From: an uncultured Methylomonas sp.
GTDB taxonomy: Bacteria; Pseudomonadota; Gammaproteobacteria; Methylococcales; Methylomonadaceae
Assembly: GCA_964530345.1 (NCBI GenBank)
Contig: CAZGYJ010000001.1
Span: 1 to 48,568, forward strand
DNA: 48,568 nt
Reading direction: 5' to 3'
A program made the translations under genes and the position numbers. The notes beneath the pieces were generated by a model, which did not search any database, was not told the origin of the DNA, and worked only from the letters and a program-made list of their open reading frames with translations. Below, in pieces: positions 18,923 to 27,980 of the stretch (within the stretch, counting starts at the first letter, position 1; each line of letters begins with the position of its first letter).

Positions 18923-19675
18923 TTATGCTAAGTCTTTTTTCAGCAATTTTGCAATAGCTTGTACTTCGATATTTACAACACCTAATACACCCAAAGCAGC
19001 CCATCCGAAGAATACGAAGCCATAGTGTAGAGGCGCAACAAATAACTCTTCCATGAACCAGAAAGTGTGTCCCCACTCATTCAAACCAACATTTGGAAGA
19101 ATCATGAAAGGACCAATTACTGATACCAAATACTGAAGAGGCAAGCCATTTTGGTATGTAGGCAATCTTGTTTTTGCATACAAGAAAGAAGCAACACCAG
19201 TAATGATGTAAATTGGATAGCTCAAATAGAACTCGATGATATGACTTGGAGTGAAATCAGTATCACGAACAATAGTTTGATGCCATGTTCCATCTTGCTC
19301 AGTGAAGTAGCTGGCACCGTAGTAAATTGCGATACCATACATTACCAACCATACCCAATGAGTAAAATGTCTTCTCAACTCTTCTCTTGGAGTAATTGAC
19401 ATAACCTTACGGTCACGTGTTTTCCAGATATATCCCCAAAGTATTGAAGCTGTCATCACTTCAAGTACGATTTCGATATAGAGAAAGTTCATCCAATACA
19501 CTTCGAATTCTGGTGCGAATGAATCCAGGCCAGCAGACCAGCCATAGACACCTTCATACCAACGAACCCAGCCGTAGAACAGAATATATAACGCTGCTCC
19601 GGCAAACATATTTTTCTTATTTAATAGCGGTGCTTCCGCAGCATCAGCTTTAACTGACTCAGTTGTAGCAGCCAT
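18923..19675 (-). CDS. pmoC: Particulate methane monooxygenase subunit C
   Basis: 250 aa with typical PmoC sequence (WYEGVYGWSAGLDSFAPEFEVYWMN, LNEWGHTFWFMEELFVAPLHYGFV). GGAGG RBS. Confidence 0.97.
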   Translation of the reverse strand: MAATTESVKADAAEAPLLNKKNMFAGAALYILFYGWVRWYEGVYGWSAGLDSFAPEFEVYWMNFLYIEIVLEVMTASILWGYIWKTRDRKVMSITPREELRRHFTHWVWLVMYGIAIYYGASYFTEQDGTWHQTIVRDTDFTPSHIIEFYLSYPIYIITGVASFLYAKTRLPTYQNGLPLQYLVSVIGPFMILPNVGLNEWGHTFWFMEELFVAPLHYGFVFFGWAALGVLGVVNIEVQAIAKLLKKDLA

Positions 19676-19805
19676 TTCTACCTCCTAATTAAAGTTTTTC
19701 AAAATCTAGCTGAATTAATTCAGCCAAACAGTTTAAACATATCCATATTGCCACCATCAGCAATAAACCGCTTCAGGCAAACGCCACCTCCTTTTGGCTG
19801 CTTTC

Positions 19806-19833
19806 AGTCTACCACCTCAATCCATCTTGTCAA
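19806..19833 (-). promoter_or_regulatory. Candidate sigma70 promoter for pmoCAB
   Basis: Minus strand: TTGACA (19833-19828), 16-nt spacer, TAGACT (19811-19806). It would give a ~120-nt leader containing the 16-nt palindrome gctgaattaattcagc (19709-19724). Pattern match only. Confidence 0.3.
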
Positions 19834-19957
19834 GATTAATGATGCCTTCATTTTCAATATGTCTCATTTTTTTGCGTCCAAGTTAGCAAATGGCTCTTTA
19901 CGACCCTATCTTAATTGATATACTACTCGACGATTTAACAAAAATTTACCTACCAGA

Positions 19958-20395
19958 ATGAAGAAATACCCCATACTCTTATTGATTATATTTTTAGGCG
20001 CATTGCTTTTGTTTCAAAGCAAGGTTGTTGTCCCTTTAGTTAAAGAAATCGCTGCTTCTGATTTCTTTTTGACCGATACTGAAACCAAGGCAAATCCGCA
20101 ATCAATCGACACCCAAATGACTGAATATGCTTTCATTCATTGTAATGAGTTTATCCAAAACGAACTCGATTCAGAATACACAACCACCTTTTCATCCGCA
20201 CCAATTAACGCGTGGGATATTGGAGGCTATCAATATGTTATTAATGCTGAAATTGAGATCTCCAGCGATACCAGTGCGCCTATTTTAAAAAAATACGTCT
20301 GCCGTATTAAATATGATAATGGTAGTGATATGGAAGGCATCATGAACAGTGACAACTGGTCTGTTTATGGTCTTTCCGGCCTGGATGAATATTAG
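19958..20395 (+). CDS. Hypothetical exported/membrane-anchored protein, first gene of the metal ABC cluster
   Basis: 145 aa. N-terminal hydrophobic anchor MKKYPILLLIIFLGALLLF. No motif recognised. Confidence 0.55.
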   Translation: MKKYPILLLIIFLGALLLFQSKVVVPLVKEIAASDFFLTDTETKANPQSIDTQMTEYAFIHCNEFIQNELDSEYTTTFSSAPINAWDIGGYQYVINAEIEISSDTSAPILKKYVCRIKYDNGSDMEGIMNSDNWSVYGLSGLDEY

Positions 20396-20439
20396 TTTAT
20401 ACTCTTTAAATTTATTTTCCTGATCCACTGAAATGATCT

Positions 20440-21114
20440 ATGGTTAAAATTGAATCTTTAGTATTTTCATACGGCAATAACAGCTTTCGGCTCACGGTAC
20501 CGTCACTTTCAATTCAACCCCAAGAAAAACTTGCTATTATTGGCCCTAGCGGTTCAGGAAAAACTTCATTACTTAAGCTGATTTCCGGCATTTTGTTACC
20601 ACAACAAGGCCAAATTTCAATTAACAATATTTCTGTCAATTCGCTGCCTGATGCCAGGCGCCGTGATTTTCGCATCACTAATATTGGGTTTATTTTTCAA
20701 GACTTTGAATTACTTGATTATCTTGATACCTTTGATAATATTTTGCACCCATATCGAATCAGCAATGCTCTGAAATTGACAAGTGAAACTCGCAACAGGG
20801 TAAATGCCTTAGCTCATGAACTGGGCATCAAAAATAAACTCAAACAAATGAGCGGCACTTTGTCACAAGGTGAACAACAAAGAACTGCGATTTGTAGGGC
20901 ATTACTCCCCAAACCGAAAATTATTTTGGCTGACGAAGCAACCGGAAACCTCGACCCTACCAACAAAACAAAAATTCTTGAGGCCCTTTTTCGTAGTACT
21001 GAGAAAAATAATGCCACTTTAATTGCAGTTACACACGATCATGAACTACTAAGTCATTTCGATCGCGTCATCGACTTCAAAGATTATTGCACTCCAGAGA
21101 CAGAAAATGATTGA
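20440..21114 (+). CDS. ABC transporter ATP-binding protein (MacB/LolD/FtsE-like)
   Basis: 224 aa. Walker A GPSGSGKTS, signature LSQGEQQR, Walker B ILADEATGNLD. Confidence 0.9.
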   Translation: MVKIESLVFSYGNNSFRLTVPSLSIQPQEKLAIIGPSGSGKTSLLKLISGILLPQQGQISINNISVNSLPDARRRDFRITNIGFIFQDFELLDYLDTFDNILHPYRISNALKLTSETRNRVNALAHELGIKNKLKQMSGTLSQGEQQRTAICRALLPKPKIILADEATGNLDPTNKTKILEALFRSTEKNNATLIAVTHDHELLSHFDRVIDFKDYCTPETEND

Positions 21115-22288
21115 TAGTCTGTACCTTGCTTGGCGTTACATCAGTTTTAATCGGATCAAAACCGCAACGCTTATCGCCTGCATCAGCCTGATTACTTTTC
21201 TGCCGTTCGCCCTTAAAGCATTACTCACAGCTAGCGAACAGCAACTAATGTCCAGAGCAGACACGACACCACTACTTGTCGGCGCCAAAGGCAATGCTTT
21301 GGATTTAGTCATGAATTCCTTGTATTTCTCAAAAGAAATTCCTGGCTTTATTAACATGAATGAGGTTAATAAAATCGCCACTTCCAACCTTGCGAACCCT
21401 ATACCTTTATATATACGCTTTCATGCCAAAGAATACCCGATAGTTGGGACAACTATCGATTATTTCGAATTTCGAAAACTACAGCTAAGCTCAGGAAGAT
21501 ATTTTGCATTATTAGGGGAATGCGTCATTGGCGCTGATGTCGCCAATCTTTTGCGGCTAAAAGAAGGAGACAACCTACTCTCATCACCAGAAAATTTATT
21601 TGATCTGGCAGGCACCTACCCATTGAAGATGAGCATCACAGGCGTTTTAAAAAAAACCAATTCCGCTGATGATAAAGCAATTTTTGTCGACTTAAAAACT
21701 GCATGGGTAATTCAGGGCCTTGGCCATGGCCACCAGGACATAAAAACTCTTAAAGACCCAAGCAGTATTTTAAAACGCTCAAAAAACACAGTCACTACAT
21801 CAGAAAAAATCAAACAATTCACTGAAATCAATAAAGACAACCTTGCATCATTTCATTTCCACGGTGACCCTTCCAAGTATCCGTTGACAGCCATAATTGC
21901 CGCCCCGCTCGACACCAAATCAGCAACTTTATTACGCGGCCGGTTCTTATCTGAACAAGAAAATATTCAAATCGTAAGACCAAAAGAAGTTATTGAAGAT
22001 TTACTCGCCAATATTTTCAAAATTAAAAATTTTTTTGATGCGGTTGTTTTAATCGTTGCAATAGCCATGATTCTGGCTGTTTTCCTTGTTTTCAGTTTGT
22101 CATTACGGCTACGCCAAAAAGAGATAAACACTATTTTTCACTTGGGTTGCAGCCGCGGAACCATCGCACAACTCATCGCTGCAGAAATTTTTATTATTAC
22201 TGTATTCAGTGGCTTGATTTGCTGGCTAGCGTTATTCATACTAGGTCATTTCCAGGAAGAAATTGTTTATAAACTTTTTATTTCTTAA
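21107..22288 (+). CDS. ABC transporter permease, FtsX/MacB-type
   Basis: 393 aa. TM1, a ~250-aa periplasmic domain, then three C-terminal TMs. 8-nt overlap with the ATPase gene. Confidence 0.85.
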   Translation: MIDSLYLAWRYISFNRIKTATLIACISLITFLPFALKALLTASEQQLMSRADTTPLLVGAKGNALDLVMNSLYFSKEIPGFINMNEVNKIATSNLANPIPLYIRFHAKEYPIVGTTIDYFEFRKLQLSSGRYFALLGECVIGADVANLLRLKEGDNLLSSPENLFDLAGTYPLKMSITGVLKKTNSADDKAIFVDLKTAWVIQGLGHGHQDIKTLKDPSSILKRSKNTVTTSEKIKQFTEINKDNLASFHFHGDPSKYPLTAIIAAPLDTKSATLLRGRFLSEQENIQIVRPKEVIEDLLANIFKIKNFFDAVVLIVAIAMILAVFLVFSLSLRLRQKEINTIFHLGCSRGTIAQLIAAEIFIITVFSGLICWLALFILGHFQEEIVYKLFIS

Positions 22289-22308
22289 ATTTAACAAGGG
22301 TTTTCATA

Positions 22309-23223
22309 ATGAACCAACCATTAACAAATTTTTTTCGACTTATTTTTTTATTTGTTGGCGTTTTTTTTATGCACAATGGCTTAGTAAAAGCAGCCGAACA
22401 AACTCCTTTAAATGTTTATGTCGTAAATTATCCATTAAAATATTTTGCCCAAGCGATTGCCGGCCAACATGTGACTGTTACTCTACCCATGCCCGCCGAT
22501 ATTGACCCAGCGTTTTGGCTACCGGAACCGGAAGACATTATAAAAATTCAAAAAGCCGACTTAATCTTACTTAATGGAGCGAATTACGCCAAATGGCTTC
22601 CAAAAGTTTCTCTCCCCATCTTCAAACTGGTTGACACTTCCTCAGCATTCAAAGATGACTATATCGTCATCAAATCTGCAATTACGCATCAACACGGCAC
22701 TAGCGGAAAACACTCCCATGCCGGCACTGCCTTTACAACCTGGCTGGACTTTTCTCAAGCCGCAAAACAAGCCGAGTCTGTTTATAAAGCATTGCTGAAA
22801 AAGCGCCCCAAGCTGAAATCAGAGTTTGAAAAAAACTTTAATTCATTGCAAGGAGCCTTACTTGACCTTGACGCTGATATGACTCAAATTGGCACGCATC
22901 TGAAGCAAAGACCTCTTTTGGCCTCACACCCTGTATTTAAATACTTAAAAAGACGATACAAACTAAATTTAAAAAGCGTACACTGGGAACCTAATGAAAC
23001 ACCCAGTGAAACTCAATGGGCTAATTTGCAGGCAATTTTAGAAAAACATCCCGCCAAATTAATGCTTTGGGAAGCACAGCCAGCACCAGATACAATTTCG
23101 AGACTAGAAGAACTTGGAATCAAAAGTATTGTTTTCAGCCCCAGCGCCAACCAGCCAAAAACAGGTGATTTTATGAGCATAATGCGCGAAAATGTCGAGC
23201 GACTGAATAATAACGCTAAATAA
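22309..23223 (+). CDS. Periplasmic metal-binding protein, ZnuA/TroA (cluster A-I) family
   Basis: 304 aa. Signal peptide. Typical ADLILLNGANYAKWL block. His-rich loop ITHQHGTSGKHSHAGT. C-terminal lobe with LMLWEAQP. Confidence 0.8.
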   Translation: MNQPLTNFFRLIFLFVGVFFMHNGLVKAAEQTPLNVYVVNYPLKYFAQAIAGQHVTVTLPMPADIDPAFWLPEPEDIIKIQKADLILLNGANYAKWLPKVSLPIFKLVDTSSAFKDDYIVIKSAITHQHGTSGKHSHAGTAFTTWLDFSQAAKQAESVYKALLKKRPKLKSEFEKNFNSLQGALLDLDADMTQIGTHLKQRPLLASHPVFKYLKRRYKLNLKSVHWEPNETPSETQWANLQAILEKHPAKLMLWEAQPAPDTISRLEELGIKSIVFSPSANQPKTGDFMSIMRENVERLNNNAK

Positions 23224-23310
23224 TTGCAAACCCGCTTATAAAAATTTGCCAAATAACAACTTTCCCTGGGTTTGCATCAACACCAATAAAATTAAAGAGG
23301 AGGAAAACCC

Positions 23311-23838
23311 ATGAGATTTTATAAGCTATCCTGGCCAATAGTCTTGTTTTGCTTTTTTTCTACTGTTTCGCATGCTGAGCACCTACCTGTCGGCATGGAA
23401 ATTTTAGCCAACTGCCACAATTTTTTTTCCAAGGGCAAGATTAAAAGACTCCATAAGGAGAAATATGTCATTAACTTTGATAAGGATGCCAGACCCGTAC
23501 TATGCACGCCCTTTGCCTGGGACAGCATGTTTCTGGTTCCTTATAAACCAGTATCTGAATACACCAATCCAAATGGCAAAATCTTCAAAAAAGGCGACCT
23601 TTTAAAAATAGAATTCAAAGCCACACCCAGAGGAGCCTTTTTTAGTCGCAAATTTACAATTACTGCTGCAATAAAAGAAATTAACGAAAACGGCACAGCT
23701 CAGCTTGAAATAAAGGAAGGCGACATTAAAGCGCAACAACTTTTTACCCGATGGGTAGGGACAAATTATGTACTACTTGATTTATCTGACGATCTGACAG
23801 CTGATAAACTTACTATCTTGAATATTGAGAAGCTATAA
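23311..23838 (+). CDS. Hypothetical secreted protein
   Basis: 175 aa. Signal peptide (VSHA|EH). Strong RBS GAGGAGG. No motif recognised. Confidence 0.6.
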   Translation: MRFYKLSWPIVLFCFFSTVSHAEHLPVGMEILANCHNFFSKGKIKRLHKEKYVINFDKDARPVLCTPFAWDSMFLVPYKPVSEYTNPNGKIFKKGDLLKIEFKATPRGAFFSRKFTITAAIKEINENGTAQLEIKEGDIKAQQLFTRWVGTNYVLLDLSDDLTADKLTILNIEKL

Positions 23839-23848
23839 AATTTGAAAA

Positions 23849-23890
23849 AAATCAAAATGAGCTTCTTCGGGGAGAAGCTCATTTTGATTT
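23849..23890. terminator. Bidirectional rho-independent terminator between convergent operons
   Basis: 18-bp perfect stem aaatcaaaatgagcttct / agaagctcattttgattt with a 6-nt loop. On the minus strand it is followed by a T7 run. Confidence 0.75.
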
Positions 23891-23959
23891 CCATGAACTC
23901 TGAAAATACAGCCTGCAATTCAGCAGCAATCCACACCACGAAAAAACTTATACTCTCTA

Positions 23960-25654
23960 TCAGGCTCCCTCCCCGTCAACCCGCTGCTGACCTATAGGCT
24001 CTATTGCGACAATTTTCCAATACCCGCCCATCGGTAAAACTTTAATTCTGGCATGATATTTATTTTCACGTCGATGCTGATGTCCCCAATGAATAACTTC
24101 TCCTATAACCAACCATTCACAATCAATAAGATTACCATCTCCAAACAATGGCGAAATATCATTCAAACTTTGTATTTCGATACGTTTAACATCTGATATC
24201 GCACCATCTGCAACAAGAAACGACTGACGATTTTGCAAATAAAGCATTTCCTGCAAATCACCACTAACACTATAAGCCAATTGGTCATAGGCAGCATCTT
24301 CCTGTGGAGCCTCAAAAGCTTGATAGACATTCCATAATAACTGCTTTAATACTGTTTTTGCCCGCTGTTCGTCCAGTCTAGACCCTGCGCCAAAAACCGA
24401 CCAACCATAATTTAACGACAAATAACCCATCATTAAACCAACGAATAAAATCACTGGAAGCATGACTTTATGAAAACGTTGCCCAGAAGACCTATAACCA
24501 AACACACCAAGAATCAACAGCCCAACAACTATAACCAACCAAAGATATTTCAAACTCTGGCCCGCTTGTTCAACGGGTACCGGCATGGACTGAGGCTTGG
24601 CCTCAGGCATTGGCAAATCAATATCAGACAGCATATTATCCCACTCAAAAACAGGATATTTTGGCGTCACATAACTATCAAACAGCCCGGCAGGGTCGTA
24701 AGCCCTGATGGCAACACGCTGAATCTGGTCATTAAAAAGTTGCCAATGCCATTGTAGTTTTTCGGGTATTGCCTTAATTTGATGAATAATACTCACACCA
24801 ATTAGTGTAGCAGCTTGATTCTGAGCTTTTTGTGGTTTATAAGCCTGAATATCTGCTGCACCCATCTGTATATAATCAACCCGCCCCAAGACCGGGGTTA
24901 GTTTCTTAGAATCAGCACTAAGATGATTTTGTGTCAATAAAAACTGGCCAATTTTTTTTTTGACAACAGGGAATTCATCAGGATAAATCATTACCTTATC
25001 TCGTAAACCCAAATCCATCCAACCAGCCATTTCCTTAACCCTGACGACAATCTCACTTTTGACTTGTCTCGGCTCAATATAAAGAAAAGCCATGACCGGA
25101 TCACTGTGCCCTCGCTTCAGCTTAGGATTTTTAAAATGACTATACCAGGGATCCTGCCAATCCAAGATCAACGTCTCTTTGCTGGTTAATACGCCATGAT
25201 CAATTACTGGCAACCCCTGGTGTGCAACAGTTATTAGATATTTCTCTCCGGCTTTTTCAATAGCTTTAAAGTCAGGGATAATCTCAAGCTGTTCTGGTTG
25301 TTTTGAAAAACGAAAAAAAACGATTCGTGAACCTTCAGCCACATCAGATTTCAATTCAGAAGTCAGCTCACTATCAGCCTTAATGTGGATAGCTTTTTTC
25401 ACAAAGGCATCTACTAACCCAGTTTTATCAGAACCAGAAGTTTCAGCCTGTAACTTGGCAACCGCTTTTTCAGCCAGATCAACAGTGACCTCAACCCCGT
25501 CATCAACCACATTAATCGCAATTCTGGTCGATACATCTTCAATCGTTATTCCTGAATTCCAGTCTGCCGAAACAATATTGGTAATAAAACTGGCAACAAC
25601 AAAAATCCAGAGCCATAACTGGCGGTTCGCGCCAGACCCAATGGTTATTGACAT
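23960..25654 (-). CDS. Hypothetical envelope protein (two periplasmic domains separated by a TM hairpin)
   Basis: 564 aa. N-terminal signal/anchor, a ~350-aa domain, two TM helices (LWLVIVVGLLILGVFGY / VMLPVILFVGLMMGYLSL), then a ~150-aa C-terminal domain. Last gene of the CopC operon. Confidence 0.6.
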   Translation of the reverse strand: MSITIGSGANRQLWLWIFVVASFITNIVSADWNSGITIEDVSTRIAINVVDDGVEVTVDLAEKAVAKLQAETSGSDKTGLVDAFVKKAIHIKADSELTSELKSDVAEGSRIVFFRFSKQPEQLEIIPDFKAIEKAGEKYLITVAHQGLPVIDHGVLTSKETLILDWQDPWYSHFKNPKLKRGHSDPVMAFLYIEPRQVKSEIVVRVKEMAGWMDLGLRDKVMIYPDEFPVVKKKIGQFLLTQNHLSADSKKLTPVLGRVDYIQMGAADIQAYKPQKAQNQAATLIGVSIIHQIKAIPEKLQWHWQLFNDQIQRVAIRAYDPAGLFDSYVTPKYPVFEWDNMLSDIDLPMPEAKPQSMPVPVEQAGQSLKYLWLVIVVGLLILGVFGYRSSGQRFHKVMLPVILFVGLMMGYLSLNYGWSVFGAGSRLDEQRAKTVLKQLLWNVYQAFEAPQEDAAYDQLAYSVSGDLQEMLYLQNRQSFLVADGAISDVKRIEIQSLNDISPLFGDGNLIDCEWLVIGEVIHWGHQHRRENKYHARIKVLPMGGYWKIVAIEPIGQQRVDGEGA

Positions 25655-25672
25655 ATTTATATTTTCAGGAAG

Positions 25673-26299
25673 CTAGTTTTTGCCGAGTTGCTTGCGGTTA
25701 TGCATAAACAGAAAAAACCGGTAAAGGCCATAACCTACAACAAGAGCAAGAAGAGCAATTAAATAAGGAAGCAGCGAAGTCCATTTAAAAGGCGAACTGA
25801 CACCTACCCATAATGGTATTCTGATTTTATCGGCAAACATATCATCGCCAACGGATACAATTAATGTATATTGCCCTGGTTTTGGAAAGTTGGCCTGAAT
25901 TTGCGCAACGCCGGTGGTATATTGCTTAACAGGCTCATGGGCAATAGTCGCGCCATCTTTCATTTCACCTTCAACTTCAGGATTTGGTAGAGCCTCTACA
26001 ACCTGCATTTCAACTGGCATTTGCCTCAAATCCCGATCAATAAAATCAATCGCCAGATAAGTTAAACCATCTTTAGGTAATTCCTGGCAATAAGGCTCAA
26101 ACTTATTCCGTTTTGACCCACTGTCTTTTTTGGGTTCCTGATAGGTCGTCAAATGAACAATATAGAAATCAGTAGTAATCAAGCAAGTTAAGTTTTTTTT
26201 TGGATCATACTTGTCCTGAGCTTCTGCATGAACGTAATTTTGAGTACCCGCAAAAATAAAAAAAACCAGCAATAATTTTACAAAAAACAACTTTTTCAC
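25673..26299 (-). CDS. Hypothetical periplasmic protein with a C-terminal TM anchor
   Basis: 208 aa. Signal peptide (YVHA|EA), a ~150-aa domain that appears beta-rich, and a single C-terminal TM (LLPYLIALLALVVGYGLYRFFLF). 41 nt downstream of copC. Confidence 0.6.
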   Translation of the reverse strand: MKKLFFVKLLLVFFIFAGTQNYVHAEAQDKYDPKKNLTCLITTDFYIVHLTTYQEPKKDSGSKRNKFEPYCQELPKDGLTYLAIDFIDRDLRQMPVEMQVVEALPNPEVEGEMKDGATIAHEPVKQYTTGVAQIQANFPKPGQYTLIVSVGDDMFADKIRIPLWVGVSSPFKWTSLLPYLIALLALVVGYGLYRFFLFMHNRKQLGKN

Positions 26300-26340
26300 A
26301 GCGCTCCCTTCGGGCTATAACAATAATAATGAAAAAAACT

Positions 26341-26700
26341 TTATTCAGTCACTTCGAAAAACAATTTTCCGGTCACAATATGACCATCCTCTGATTGCAC
26401 TCGATAACGAATCCCATAACGTCCAGGTGTTAATTTTTTCAGTGTCGCACTCAAATGCGATTTATCAAACGCCTCCAGATCTCCATCCCTGTTATCCACA
26501 CGTTCCCCCTTGCTGTTTACCACGGCAAGCGCTGTATATTTCGGCCCGACGGGCGCATCAAACCAAAGGTCTACACGCGTTGGCGGAGTTTTTAGTGACT
26601 CCTCTTTTGACGGTGATGATTTTACCAGAATCGCATGAGCAAATATTGCATCAGCCCAAACCACCGCCAAAACAACTAATAAAATATTAATTTTTTTCAT
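26341..26700 (-). CDS. copC: Periplasmic copper-binding protein CopC (single Cu(II)-site type)
   Basis: 119 aa. Signal peptide cleavage is predicted to expose an N-terminal His (IFA|HAILVKSSP). Conserved D-x-H in SEDGHIVTG. No Met-rich Cu(I) loop. Confidence 0.85.
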   Translation of the reverse strand: MKKINILLVVLAVVWADAIFAHAILVKSSPSKEESLKTPPTRVDLWFDAPVGPKYTALAVVNSKGERVDNRDGDLEAFDKSHLSATLKKLTPGRYGIRYRVQSEDGHIVTGKLFFEVTE

Positions 26701-26720
26701 TACTTACAATTTCATTTAGA

Positions 26721-27980
26721 TCACAAAATTGACATCTTACCAATAGCATCGCCGTTATCAAGCCACTCGGTCCAGAAAATGCGAAAACCACTTAAGGTGC
26801 CAACAATTTTTGGATGTGAGGCATCCACCCCATCCTGTGTTAACAGTAGCTCTTTTGACCAGCTTCTTCCGCCATCGCCAGAAACTCTCATTAAGACCTG
26901 TTTTTTTTCCGAATTACCAGCAGTATAAACAATAGCAAGTTGATCATTGTCAATGGCAGCAATATCACCTGAAGCACTGGATTCATCGCCTATTCTAACA
27001 ACCGGATTCCACTTTCCCTGTTCGGCTGACTGACTATAAAATATCCCCCGGTTTGAAGCTTTACCGTTCCAGATTACAGCGTGAAGAATAGTTTTTCCTT
27101 CCATCTGGGTGGAAACAAGCCCACCCCCCTGATGAGGACAGCCAACAAATTGCCAATCGAATGGCCAAACAACATTCGGCTTTTGCCAGGATTTACCTCC
27201 ATCAAATGATGAAATCAAATTCATATCCCGGGGTTTATCCTCACGATACAGCACATGAACATTATTTTTTAAATCCACCTCGATCTCGCTCCAGCAACAG
27301 GTACAAACGCTGGTCGCTAAATTCTTATGATCTCGCCAAACAGCATTTTGCTGACTATCCAGAAAATTTGCATATCGCAATCCTTGAGTATTACCCGCTT
27401 CTTCACGATCATCCAACCATACAAAATGAAATTTGCCTTTCTGATCTGCAGTAACATCCATATAGCCCTGATCAACCTTGGCATATTTTTCACTGACCGG
27501 ACTATCAATCTTGACCCAGGTTTTACCCAAATCCCGAGACAAGGCAGCAACAATCTTTCCCGTCCACGGCTCTCCACCTTTGGTTTTCCAGACTGCCATT
27601 ACGTTATTGCCAAAAGCCGCAATCTGGAAATCATTACCGCGTCTGGCCTGTTTTACAGGTGCGATGTGTTGATTTACTATTACCGGCGCTGACCACGTTT
27701 TACCAGCATTCAAGGAATGAAGATACTTTACCAGCGGCTTTCCGGTTTTTTTGTCAAGGCCGGAATATAATGCATGAATGGTATTTTTTTCGGCATAAAC
27801 ATCTAGCGTTTGAACCGTCTTGAAACCGATTTCAGGAAAGGCTTCCGCAGCATTAGCCGGAGACAGTATCATGAGATAACAGGCAAAACATATAAAAACC
27901 AAACCAACAAAATCTGCTTGGACAAATCCATACTGGAAATTCCAAAAGTTGGGCAAAAATTTTAAAACTGCTTTTTTCAT
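26721..27980 (-). CDS. BNR/Asp-box repeat beta-propeller protein (sialidase-like fold), exported
   Basis: 419 aa. N-terminal anchor/signal. Four Asp-boxes (SLNAGKTW, SRDLGKTW, SFDGGKSW, SGDGGRSW). Confidence 0.75.
   Translation of the reverse strand: MKKAVLKFLPNFWNFQYGFVQADFVGLVFICFACYLMILSPANAAEAFPEIGFKTVQTLDVYAEKNTIHALYSGLDKKTGKPLVKYLHSLNAGKTWSAPVIVNQHIAPVKQARRGNDFQIAAFGNNVMAVWKTKGGEPWTGKIVAALSRDLGKTWVKIDSPVSEKYAKVDQGYMDVTADQKGKFHFVWLDDREEAGNTQGLRYANFLDSQQNAVWRDHKNLATSVCTCCWSEIEVDLKNNVHVLYREDKPRDMNLISSFDGGKSWQKPNVVWPFDWQFVGCPHQGGGLVSTQMEGKTILHAVIWNGKASNRGIFYSQSAEQGKWNPVVRIGDESSASGDIAAIDNDQLAIVYTAGNSEKKQVLMRVSGDGGRSWSKELLLTQDGVDASHPKIVGTLSGFRIFWTEWLDNGDAIGKMSIL

Noticed and set aside
18353-19653. 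Short ORFs inside or antisense to pmoA and pmoC (18353-18601, 18388-18630, 19151-19399, 19417-19653)
   Set aside because: They are embedded in highly conserved pmo coding sequence. They have no RBS or recognisable motifs and look like typical spurious ORFs.
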